DNA of 64,000 bases from a virus (IMGVR_UViG_3300034022_000267:1-64000), one strand, 5' to 3'. Positions 19,840 through 27,713 are shown, counted from the stretch's first letter. The notes: a model not told the origin generated them from the letters alone. Numbers and translations: made by a program.

Positions 19840-20029
19840 GAACATAATGCAAGATAGTATCCATACAGATAAATTCCCATACAAGGTGAATGCTGTATCA
19901 TTGATGGAATTCAGTGATGAACTAAAAGACTTGTGTAATGCTACAGGTGGTAAACAAATTGAGATTACAAATGATCTTCGTGTGTTTACATATTCCACTG
20001 AAGCAGGTAAACAAGAAATTAAGAGTTAA
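19840..20029 (+). CDS. vWA-domain protein, exon 2 (C-terminal ~62 aa)
   Basis: An in-frame stop at 19826-19828 bounds the exon on the 5' side. Joined to 18876 the frame continues ...GQFGLD-MNIMQDSIHTDKFPYK... The exact junction is uncertain. Confidence 0.4.
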
Positions 20030-20101
20030 TTTGTTTGGTTATTTCCCTCTGTAAGTCTATATTTGCAGAGGGTTAATGACTAAATAATAACAAAAACAGT
20101 T

Positions 20102-20272
20102 ATGATAAACAAAATCTTTTTAACATTCATAGTGGTAGCACTATGGATATTTGCATCAGTATGGTGCTTTAATCACATAAATGCCTGGATTGGGATAGGG
20201 GTATTTATATTAGGAATATACATCTCAGTAAAACAAATTTTTAAACCAAGTAAAAAAACAGAGGAAAAATGA
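20102..20272 (+). CDS. Small two-TM membrane protein (NfeD-like partner?)
   Basis: 56 aa (MINKIFLTFIVVALWIFASVWCFNHINAWIGIGVFILGIYISVKQIFKPSKKTEEK), not in the ORF track. Its stop overlaps the start of the next gene (ATGA). Confidence 0.4.
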   Translation: MINKIFLTFIVVALWIFASVWCFNHINAWIGIGVFILGIYISVKQIFKPSKKTEEK

Positions 20273-21084
20273 AAAAATTATTAGTAGTAGCGTTATTAGC
20301 AGTAGCAGGATTTGGATTATTAACATCATGTGATCGTGTAGCTCCAAATTATTATGGTGTTCTTATGGAAAACTATGGTAAAGATGGTAAATCAGATTAT
20401 ACAAAGGTGCAAGGTAGAGTGTCTACAATGTCACCTGGAACAGAATTGTTTGAAGTTCCTGCTTGGGAACAAAGAGGTGTATTCACTGATGACAATGGTG
20501 AAGACAGAGTGTTGCAAATAAAAGCTGCAGATAACACAGCATTTACATCTAAACCATTGTATTCATATAAAGTGATTGAAAATAGAGCAGTTGATGTTGT
20601 ATTCCAAAATGCTAGACTAGGTTCAGGTGGTGATTTTATGAATGCTTTACAAGATAATGTATTAGAGCCTCGTATATATGATATTATTAAAGAAGCTTCT
20701 AGAGGATATAGTACAGATCAATTAATGGCTAATGGTGGTTCATTAAAGTTTGAGCAGTATGTTCAAGATATAGTTGTTAAAGAATTTGATAAATCAGGAT
20801 TGGAATTGATTAGCTTTAGTCTTAATTTAGACTTCTCTAAGAAAGTGAAAGCAAAAATTGATAGTAGAAATGAGGTAAATACAAACATTTCTGTATTAGA
20901 TCAACAGATTGCTGAACAAAGAAAGCGTAATGAGCTAGAAACATTAAAGACTGAACAAAACAAAATCAGAAGTGCTGGTATTACACCACAATTGTTACAA
21001 GAACAAGCAATCAAGAAATGGAATGGACATTTACCAAGTACATATTCTGGTAGTGCATTACCATTTGTTAAAGCAGTAAATTAA
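20269..21084 (+). CDS. Lipoprotein with SPFH/band-7-like domain and coiled-coil
   Basis: 271 aa with a signal peptide plus lipobox (LLTSC). The central region resembles stomatin/prohibitin-type domains; the C-terminus is coiled-coil. Confidence 0.4.
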   Translation: MKKLLVVALLAVAGFGLLTSCDRVAPNYYGVLMENYGKDGKSDYTKVQGRVSTMSPGTELFEVPAWEQRGVFTDDNGEDRVLQIKAADNTAFTSKPLYSYKVIENRAVDVVFQNARLGSGGDFMNALQDNVLEPRIYDIIKEASRGYSTDQLMANGGSLKFEQYVQDIVVKEFDKSGLELISFSLNLDFSKKVKAKIDSRNEVNTNISVLDQQIAEQRKRNELETLKTEQNKIRSAGITPQLLQEQAIKKWNGHLPSTYSGSALPFVKAVN

Positions 21085-21507
21085 TAAAAAACAGGCTAAA
21101 CATTGACCCTTTGTAAGTTATCGAGTAGTAGAGATGTTGCAGAAATGCGTTATGACAAATCGAGAAGTAGATGATTACATAAAGATACTATCAGAGATGG
21201 TAGAACGTGAGTTGCCTTGAGAAAGCAATGAGCCATAGCTAAGAGAGTAAAAACTAAATCCGACTTCTCTACTCACGTAATGAGTTCTCAGCAAGTAGTT
21301 AATCCAACGGAGGAAAGGTAGAAATACTGAAGGACACTCAAAAGGGATGCAGGAAACCAAAGTCTTAGAAAGGTCTGTAACTACGTGACCTTACTCTTAT
21401 TATCCAAAGCTCTCTAGTGCTAAAATGTAATAAGAAAGAGGGTGCTAATACAAGTTGATCATTGGTCAACACAACTAAATGATAAGTGCCCTCACATGAG
21501 GGAAATT
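21085..21507 (+). other. Unassigned ~420-nt ORF-free region with elevated GC and multiple hairpins; candidate structured ncRNA
   Basis: No credible ORF on either strand. Local stems include aaggtc...gacctt, ttgc...gcaa and a long-range gtagaga/tctctac pair. It lies directly 5' of the tmRNA gene. Confidence 0.3.
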
Positions 21508-21843
21508 GGGGGTGACTGATTTTGACAGGTTACCAATAGTTAGTACAATCAGCCAGAGAGATAACTGTAAACTAAGGTGAATTATTTTAAATGGCAAAAA
21601 CACAAGTCGTGTAGTGGCTCTAGGAGCAAACGCACAAATCGAAGCTAACATGAACAAAGTGTTCTCACTTATCAGTGAGGATGTTGTAATAGTTGGTTTA
21701 GCAGCCTAAATTCAATAAGGATTTCCCTGTTAGATTAAACAGGGTGGTGGATCGTTAAGCCTAGCTTGACCCTAAATAAGCTGTATAAATTGTATTAATG
21801 AACGTAGATCTGGACCTGGGTTTGATTCCCAGCACCTCCACTA
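21508..21843 (+). ncRNA. ssrA: tmRNA (ssrA-like) gene
   Basis: 5' end GGGGGUGACUGAUUUUGACAGG resembles the E. coli 5' end GGGGCUGAUUCUGGAUUCGACGGG. 3' end GGACCUGGGUUUGAUUCCCAGCACCUCCA resembles GGACGGGGGUUCAAAUCCCCCCGGCUCCACCA. The acceptor stem is GGGGGUG/CACCUCC with a G3-U70 pair. A tag-like ORF ends ...VGLAA-TAA at 21707-21709. A terminator follows. Confidence 0.8.
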
Positions 21844-21862
21844 GCTGATTATCAGCATGTTA

Positions 21863-21888
21863 AGCCTCTGTAACAAGAGGCTTTTTTA
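21863..21888 (+). terminator. Rho-independent terminator after tmRNA
   Basis: gcctct-gtaaca-agaggc followed by TTTTTT. Confidence 0.7.
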
Positions 21889-21890
21889 TT

Positions 21891-21912
21891 TGTATTTTTT
21901 AATCCTTAATAA
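21891..21912 (+). promoter_or_regulatory. 22-nt leader repeat TGTATTTTTTAATCCTTAATAA (second exact copy at 22561..22582)
   Basis: Exact duplicate immediately upstream of two start codons (21923 and 22592). Related TCCTTAATAA elements precede 13379 and 14818. Confidence 0.45.
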
Positions 21913-21922
21913 CTAAATAACA

Positions 21923-22381
21923 ATGGAAATAAGTAAGATTTGTAGTAAATGTTTATTAATTAAACCACGTTCTCTTTTTTATAATGATAAGCGAAGTAAA
22001 TTAGGAATAACTTCAAGATGTAAAAATTGTATTAAAATTGCTAAACGTTCATACAATATGTCTGAAGAAACTAAATTAAAAAAATATGAATATGTAAAAA
22101 ACTTCAGAAAAAAACATCCTGAAAAAACAAAACTTTATTCTTGTAATAATGTAATTAAAATAAGAGAATGTTCTAAAAAAGCATATAATAATAATAAAGA
22201 TGCATATTTAAAAAGAACAGGTGCACGTTCTAAATTATTATGTTCTGAACTAAATGATGAATATATTTTGTTTTTATTACATAGAATTGTGCCTAAAAAT
22301 ATAATTATTTCTCAAGAACTTATAGAACTAAAACGAATCCAACTTAAAACTTATAGATTATGTCAACAATTACAAAATTAA
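21923..22381 (+). CDS. Basic zinc-ribbon protein (homing-endonuclease-like N-terminal DNA-binding module, no nuclease motif seen)
   Basis: 152 aa. ICSKCLLIKPRSLFYND...CKNCI parallels the N-terminus of the HNH endonuclease at 8919..9524 (CVVCEIVKPKSEF...CISC). Confidence 0.4.
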   Translation: MEISKICSKCLLIKPRSLFYNDKRSKLGITSRCKNCIKIAKRSYNMSEETKLKKYEYVKNFRKKHPEKTKLYSCNNVIKIRECSKKAYNNNKDAYLKRTGARSKLLCSELNDEYILFLLHRIVPKNIIISQELIELKRIQLKTYRLCQQLQN

Positions 22382-22560
22382 CAGAAAAAATGCTTGATAA
22401 CTATGAAAAACTAGAATCAGGTCAAAGATCAATTGCTAAGGCTAAAGCTCTTAATGAATCAGCTAATATTATTATTAGACTTGCTTTGTTACAACTCACA
22501 CATTCTATTCCTGCATCACAATCACCAAAGGTGAAAGTATTGAATGAAAAGAACCTATAA
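22360..22560 (+). CDS. Hypothetical protein
   Basis: 66 aa. Confidence 0.3.
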   Translation: MSTITKLTEKMLDNYEKLESGQRSIAKAKALNESANIIIRLALLQLTHSIPASQSPKVKVLNEKNL

Positions 22561-22591
22561 TGTATTTTTTAATCCTTAATAATTATAAATC

Positions 22592-22738
22592 ATGAAAAAA
22601 GTTGAAATGGAGCCAGTTGAATTCTGGCATTTTCGTAAATTAGCATTCGCAATGAGTATTGCGTTTGCATGTACAATAGCACATGGTGTGTATATTGTAG
22701 AAGCCAATATAGACCAACTACAACAGTTGGGTTATTAA
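22592..22738 (+). CDS. Small hypothetical protein
   Basis: 48 aa, not in the ORF track. Preceded by the 22-nt leader repeat and followed by a terminator. Confidence 0.3.
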   Translation: MKKVEMEPVEFWHFRKLAFAMSIAFACTIAHGVYIVEANIDQLQQLGY

Positions 22739-22752
22739 GGAGGGGAATTAAA

Positions 22753-22782
22753 GGGCTCTGTAGTGGAGCCCTTATTCTTTTA
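22753..22782 (+). terminator. Rho-independent terminator
   Basis: gggctc-tgtagtg-gagccc followed by a T-rich tract. Confidence 0.5.
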
Positions 22783-22860
22783 TAAATCACATTATAGTAT
22801 CATTTATATACTATATATCAGGTTTATCCTGACAATTTAACTATAAAATCACATTATAAT

Positions 22861-22979
22861 ATGAATAAATTTATATGTAGTGAGTGTGGTACAACGTACA
22901 GCTCACCAGAAACAACACCACCTCCAGGAATTAAATGGAGTGATGGTCATGTATGTACACCTAAACTTGTAAAAGAATG
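22861..22979 (+). CDS. Small zinc-ribbon protein
   Basis: 39 aa, CSECG...HVC. Not in the ORF track. Confidence 0.25.
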
Positions 22980-23157
22980 AGCCTATTAGCAGAAACAAAG
23001 AGAGTGGTGTTAAAGAAAGACACAGGTATTATATCTTTCATCAATGAAGAAGGAACATCAACACACGTATTGTACATCCAGAAACCACATATGGTAAAGG
23101 ATAAAGATTTCAAAGAAATAATGGAAGCATTAGAAATTAAATTTAAAAAGAAATAAT
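22976..23157 (+). CDS. Small hypothetical protein
   Basis: 59 aa with an ATGA overlap with the previous small ORF. Confidence 0.25.
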
Positions 23158-23160
23158 ATT

Positions 23161-23547
23161 ATGAAAAAATTACTATTAGGAGCTCTAATTTTATTGAGCA
23201 GCTTTGCATGTATTGCACAAGAAACTTCAACATTTGTTAAGAAATATACCTCTATGATATCTTTAGAAGATAATGTAGCAGGTGAATGGGTGTATAAAGA
23301 AACTACTGTTGTCTTTAACCCTGAAGGAAGATCAGAAGTTAAATTTTATTTTCCAAATGGTAACACATACACTTATTATCAAGTGGGAGATGTCACTGAA
23401 GGTGCAACAGAAGAGGGTTCTGATTATCAATTAATAGAATGTTTAACAGAAGAAGGTAAAACGGTGATGATTCAATTGTTTAAAGATGATAAGTGTGTAA
23501 GAGTGCTTATTTCTAAGGGATATAGAGTTGAATTCCATAAAGAATAA
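23161..23547 (+). CDS. Secreted/lipoprotein
   Basis: 128 aa with a signal peptide and lipobox-like LLSSFAC. Confidence 0.4.
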   Translation: MKKLLLGALILLSSFACIAQETSTFVKKYTSMISLEDNVAGEWVYKETTVVFNPEGRSEVKFYFPNGNTYTYYQVGDVTEGATEEGSDYQLIECLTEEGKTVMIQLFKDDKCVRVLISKGYRVEFHKE

Positions 23548-23626
23548 TAGTTATGAAAAACATACACATATTACCAAAGTTGGTATAATTGTTGTATCTT
23601 TGTATTGAACTAAAAATTTAATACAA

Positions 23627-24355
23627 ATGGCATATGTGTACACTTATACAAGACTTGATAAGAATGAAATATTCTATGTAGGGATAGGTTCTGATTCTAA
23701 ATACAAAAGAGCAAAGAATATATCATCAAGAACAGATTATTTTAAAAAGATTATAAATAAATCTAAATACAAATTAGATATAGTTTTTGATAATCTATCT
23801 TGGGAAGAAGCTTGTTTAAAAGAAATAGAACTTATTGCTTTATATGGAAGAAAAGATTTAAAAACTGGAACCCTTACAAACTTTACTAATGGTGGAGAAG
23901 GAAGACTTGGTTCACAAAATAGAATAACTCCAACTTATCAAATAGATTTAGAAGGTAATATTATAAAAGAATGGATTAACATAGAAACTATTTGTAAAGA
24001 ACTTAATATTCATAGACAAGGTTTATATGCTGTTCTTAATGGTAAAGTATTAACTTGTAATAAGTTTATATGGATATATAAGAAAGATTATTCTATGACT
24101 CTTGTTGAAAGTATACTAAATAAACTACAAAATGAGAAGATTAGAAGAACAAACAATCCTACACCTGGTAAGAAACCCATTGCAGTATTGCAATATGATT
24201 TAAATAATAATCTTATAGCAGAGTATAATTCTGTTTTAGAAGCATCAAAGAAAACATTAACAAGATGTTCTTGTATTGCACAATGTGTTAATCCAAAATA
24301 CAATAGAACAATAGCAAACAATTTTATATGGAAAAGAAAAGAAATTTATGGGTAA
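23627..24355 (+). CDS. GIY-YIG homing endonuclease (free-standing)
   Basis: 242 aa. VYTYTRLDKNEIFYVGIGS...R...E is a GIY-YIG core. The basic C-terminal region is consistent with a DNA-binding domain. Confidence 0.6.
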   Translation: MAYVYTYTRLDKNEIFYVGIGSDSKYKRAKNISSRTDYFKKIINKSKYKLDIVFDNLSWEEACLKEIELIALYGRKDLKTGTLTNFTNGGEGRLGSQNRITPTYQIDLEGNIIKEWINIETICKELNIHRQGLYAVLNGKVLTCNKFIWIYKKDYSMTLVESILNKLQNEKIRRTNNPTPGKKPIAVLQYDLNNNLIAEYNSVLEASKKTLTRCSCIAQCVNPKYNRTIANNFIWKRKEIYG

Positions 24356-25395
24356 TACCAACAGATAAACCAAGTAGGTTATGTTTAGATAGTAAAGACA
24401 AACTTTGGTTTGCTCCAAACTCTGGTTACACTATTGCAGATGGAAAACAAAACATCTACATCACTAATGATGAAGAAATTAAAGAAGGAGATTGGGTTTA
24501 TTGTACCGAAAGAAGATTATTTGGTAAAGTTGTAGAAATACAGTTAGCTAAATTTATATCAGATACTTCTATGCTTTATTTTGAAATAAATGATGAAGAA
24601 ATATGGTGTAAATTATTTAATTGCAAAAAAATCATCCTAACAACAGACCAAGATTTAATCAAAGATGGTATACAAGAATTATCAGAAAGATGGATTGAGT
24701 ATATTGTAGATAATCCAAACTGTAACTACTTAGAAATAACAGAAAGAAAAGTTAAAAAGTATGATGGAACTACTTTGTATAAAATCATCATTCCAAAAGA
24801 AAAACCTAAAAAAGATGATTTAGTTTACTTTACAAAAGGTAAAGAATATATTCAACAAGATGGTGTAGTTATTTTAGCTGGAGAAAAAGAGACTGATGGA
24901 ATGGTAATAGCAGACCCCAAAAAAACAAGAGGTATTGGTCATTATTCAAAAGATTGGAATCCAAAAGCATTTAAAATACTTGAAGAACCTAAACACCCAA
25001 AAGTTTTATCAGAAAGTGGTAATGAATTATTTTTTGATGGAAAAGCTTATCTAATTAAAGAAGAACCTAAAGAAGCATTAAGAAAATCATTAAAAAAATC
25101 ATTAGCTGAAAAAAATCTTAAACAAGAAATTAAACCACAACAAATTTGGAATGAAGAAAAAATGGAAGGTGTGAAGAATGTAATTAAAGAAGAAGAAACA
25201 GTTGAAGAAGCATTAAAAAATGAATTAGAATTTATACATAATTCAGTTAGAAATTTTTATTTTGATTTAGGTTTTAAAACAGGAGGTTTAATTGGTGCTA
25301 AATGGCAACAAGAACCTGAACAATTCTTTAATGATGATAGAGTGAAAACTTTAGAAAAAGCTATAGAATATCTTCTTAAAAAACAAGATGATTAA
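24328..25395 (+). CDS. Hypothetical protein (K/E-rich)
   Basis: 355 aa. Confidence 0.4.
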   Translation: MEKKRNLWVIPTDKPSRLCLDSKDKLWFAPNSGYTIADGKQNIYITNDEEIKEGDWVYCTERRLFGKVVEIQLAKFISDTSMLYFEINDEEIWCKLFNCKKIILTTDQDLIKDGIQELSERWIEYIVDNPNCNYLEITERKVKKYDGTTLYKIIIPKEKPKKDDLVYFTKGKEYIQQDGVVILAGEKETDGMVIADPKKTRGIGHYSKDWNPKAFKILEEPKHPKVLSESGNELFFDGKAYLIKEEPKEALRKSLKKSLAEKNLKQEIKPQQIWNEEKMEGVKNVIKEEETVEEALKNELEFIHNSVRNFYFDLGFKTGGLIGAKWQQEPEQFFNDDRVKTLEKAIEYLLKKQDD

Positions 25396-25579
25396 AGGTA
25401 TTTTTTATGTCTTAAAAGGCATTTTTATATGGTCTTGTTTTTGTTATTTACCTCTTGGATTAGTTATACTTTTAAGTATATGCAGTAAAACTATAGTTGA
25501 TTGGAAAATATTTACATTATTTGCAATTATTTGGTTAATTGCAGTGGTTGTTATGGATAAACAATTTAAAAACAAATAA
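25388..25579 (+). CDS. Small membrane protein ending ...QFKNK
   Basis: 63 aa, two TM helices. C-terminus and 3' flank are duplicated at 26018..26122. Confidence 0.35.
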   Translation: MIKGIFYVLKGIFIWSCFCYLPLGLVILLSICSKTIVDWKIFTLFAIIWLIAVVVMDKQFKNK

Positions 25580-25583
25580 GATT

Positions 25584-26021
25584 ATGAAATTAATTAGTAT
25601 GACAGATTTTGTGTTATGTGACGATGTAATATTTAAAGAAAAAAGAAAGTTTAAAGATTTAGTGTTAAACTACGCTAACTTCCTTAAACAACCTTTAGAA
25701 CTATGGATGTTTGTTCCTTGTGATGAAGATGGAAAAGTATTGGAAATGCCTATAAATTATGAAATTTGGTTAAAATTACACAACAATGATGTTAGTAGCG
25801 AAAAAGGAACTATTGGTTTCTTAATTCACGAGGAATACCAACAAGCAAAAGAAAGATGTTTGTTTGAGGGGTTTGAATATGTGAATGATTTACAAGCTGT
25901 AAGAAATCAGGATTGTCAAGCTATAATATTTACATCATTTATGAGTAGCCAATGTGTAGAAGATTTTACTCAATATGATTTACAACTAACCCAAACAGCA
26001 ATTAAACAATTAGGACTATGA
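25584..26021 (+). CDS. Hypothetical protein
   Basis: ORF 25539..26021 in the track. The more likely start is ATG 25584 (MKLISMTDF) after the TTTAAAAACAAATAAGAT leader. Confidence 0.4.
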   Translation: MKLISMTDFVLCDDVIFKEKRKFKDLVLNYANFLKQPLELWMFVPCDEDGKVLEMPINYEIWLKLHNNDVSSEKGTIGFLIHEEYQQAKERCLFEGFEYVNDLQAVRNQDCQAIIFTSFMSSQCVEDFTQYDLQLTQTAIKQLGL

Positions 26022-26122
26022 AAACATTAGAATTTATGGCGTGTTTAGCATTTGCATTAGCTTATGTAATTGCAATTGTTACTATACTTATGATAATACA
26101 AAAAAACTTTAAAAACAAATAA
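26018..26122 (+). CDS. Small membrane peptide ending ...NFKNK
   Basis: 34 aa (MKTLEFMACLAFALAYVIAIVTILMIIQKNFKNK). Paralog of the 25388..25579 C-terminus. Not in the ORF track. Confidence 0.25.
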   Translation: MKTLEFMACLAFALAYVIAIVTILMIIQKNFKNK

Positions 26123-26123
26123 G

Positions 26124-26354
26124 ATGGAAAATAAAAAACAAGTTACAGCGGTTGAGTGGTTAGCAGAGGTTTATGAAAAACGTGGTGGTTTATATAAATC
26201 AGATATTGTCCAAGCCAAAGAAATGGAAAAGAAAAACCTTGAAAGTTGCGCAATTTATTTTATGAATTATGCACTTGATTGTGTTGAAGGTGTAAAAGAA
26301 ATGAGTGGGAAAAAAGAATTTGAACAATACTTCGACGTAAAATTTAAAAAATAA
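26124..26354 (+). CDS. Hypothetical protein
   Basis: 76 aa. Confidence 0.35.
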   Translation: MENKKQVTAVEWLAEVYEKRGGLYKSDIVQAKEMEKKNLESCAIYFMNYALDCVEGVKEMSGKKEFEQYFDVKFKK

Positions 26355-26464
26355 CCTTTAACCACAAGATAAACCCTAAAAAATGGGGTTTATATAACAA
26401 CAAAAAGTAAGATGAAATACATTTTAATATTTGTAGCATACGAATTTATAAGACCAAAGATGAT

Positions 26465-26692
26465 TTGGTTAAAAGATTATTTAATAAGAAAAGCAAGTTA
26501 ATTATGACGCCAAAAGAAAAAGCAAAAGAGTTATTTGATAAATATTATGAAATAATGATATCAGCAAATAATATACTAAATATTTCAAGAGCTAAACAAT
26601 ATGCATTAATAGCAGTTGATTTTACTTTAGAATTTAATGATTTTCATATTGAATATTTATACGAAGTCAAACAAGAAATAGAGAAACTATGA
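26465..26692 (+). CDS. Small protein, paralog of 31871..32107
   Basis: 75 aa. Shares KEKAKEL...KYY and ...Y.EVKQEIEKL with the other ORF. Confidence 0.4.
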   Translation: MVKRLFNKKSKLIMTPKEKAKELFDKYYEIMISANNILNISRAKQYALIAVDFTLEFNDFHIEYLYEVKQEIEKL

Positions 26693-26880
26693 AACAACAC
26701 TATTCCTATACAGCAAATGAAATGGGTGAGAAACCTTTTGAAGCTAAAGTGAAACTTGAGAGTAGAATAAGAGCTATTTTCAATAGAGAGAAAGTTAGAA
26801 TAATGGATGTAATCATTGGTAATAGACTTATCGATGAATGGAAAAAATTAACAGGATATCAATCTAATGATAATCCATAA
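26689..26880 (+). CDS. Hypothetical protein
   Basis: 63 aa. Confidence 0.3.
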   Translation: MKQHYSYTANEMGEKPFEAKVKLESRIRAIFNREKVRIMDVIIGNRLIDEWKKLTGYQSNDNP

Positions 26881-26892
26881 AATAAAGAAAAC

Positions 26893-27126
26893 ATGCGTAT
26901 AATTGATGGAAAATGGCAGGATGACTTAGGTGATCCTGTAACAGTGTTTAATTACAATAAGATAAAAGAGATTGGAGACAATCTTGTAAACTTATATGGT
27001 GAAGATATTACATATAGTAGAATAGAATTAGTTTCTGTTATTAAATCTCTTACGCCTGAACAAGAAAGCAGTCTTGCTTATTTATTAAGTCAAGAAGGTG
27101 CTATTGCTAAACTAGCAGGATATTAA
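26893..27126 (+). CDS. Hypothetical protein
   Basis: 77 aa. Confidence 0.3.
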   Translation: MRIIDGKWQDDLGDPVTVFNYNKIKEIGDNLVNLYGEDITYSRIELVSVIKSLTPEQESSLAYLLSQEGAIAKLAGY

Positions 27127-27128
27127 TC

Positions 27129-27413
27129 ATGGCAACTATAAGTATAATAGGAAAAAAAGTGATAGGCTTTAAATTTAAAGGTGGACCAGGTTGGAATTCA
27201 GAAATGGATCAACATATTGGTAAGATTGGAACAATACACAAACAAAGTCATTCATGGTGTGTAGGGTATCCAGGTGGTAACTTTGCTCAAGCAGTGGTTA
27301 ATAATGATCTTAGTGAGGCATTTGGTAGAGCTGATGAGATTAATGTACATTGTATGAGATTTTATGTAATGTTAATGTATAACGTAGGAGCACCTACAAT
27401 TTTATTTCAATAG
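27129..27413 (+). CDS. Hypothetical protein
   Basis: 94 aa. Confidence 0.35.
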   Translation: MATISIIGKKVIGFKFKGGPGWNSEMDQHIGKIGTIHKQSHSWCVGYPGGNFAQAVVNNDLSEAFGRADEINVHCMRFYVMLMYNVGAPTILFQ

Positions 27414-27415
27414 TT

Positions 27416-27712
27416 ATGGCTTGGTATATATTAAACGAGAACAACAAACCTATAAGATCAACTATTGTTGATTGTGAAGAATGGTTAGAAAAAAATCCAG
27501 AAAGAAAAGCTGTGAGACAAGAAACTATAGGTGATATATTTGTATCAACAGTGTTTCTTGGTCTTGATCACGCTTGGAATAGTGGTATTCCTGTATTATG
27601 GGAAACTATGATATTTGGAGGAGAACATGACCAATATCAAGAGAGATATTCTTCTTATGAAGATGCTCTTGAAGGACATCAAATAGCGTTAAACCTTGTA
27701 AACAAACAATAA
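27416..27712 (+). CDS. Hypothetical protein
   Basis: 98 aa. Confidence 0.35.
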   Translation: MAWYILNENNKPIRSTIVDCEEWLEKNPERKAVRQETIGDIFVSTVFLGLDHAWNSGIPVLWETMIFGGEHDQYQERYSSYEDALEGHQIALNLVNKQ

Positions 27713-27713
27713 C

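Noticed and set aside
21085-21507. RNase P RNA identity for the region upstream of tmRNA
   Set aside because: Only a vague GGAGGAAAGG / AGGGAUGCAGGAAACC resemblance to the CR-I/CR-II blocks was seen. No P4 pairing partners or other conserved regions were found, so it is kept only as an unassigned candidate ncRNA.
21175-21657. Minus-strand ORFs 21175..21360 and 21475..21657
   Set aside because: They fall within the unassigned structured region or tmRNA gene on the opposite strand.
21508-21843. Possibility that the tmRNA is merely a 3' attachment-site fragment of host ssrA (prophage boundary)
   Set aside because: Both 5' and 3' acceptor strands, the T-arm and a tag ORF are present contiguously. 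No integrase is nearby and the surrounding genes are typical lytic-phage early genes.
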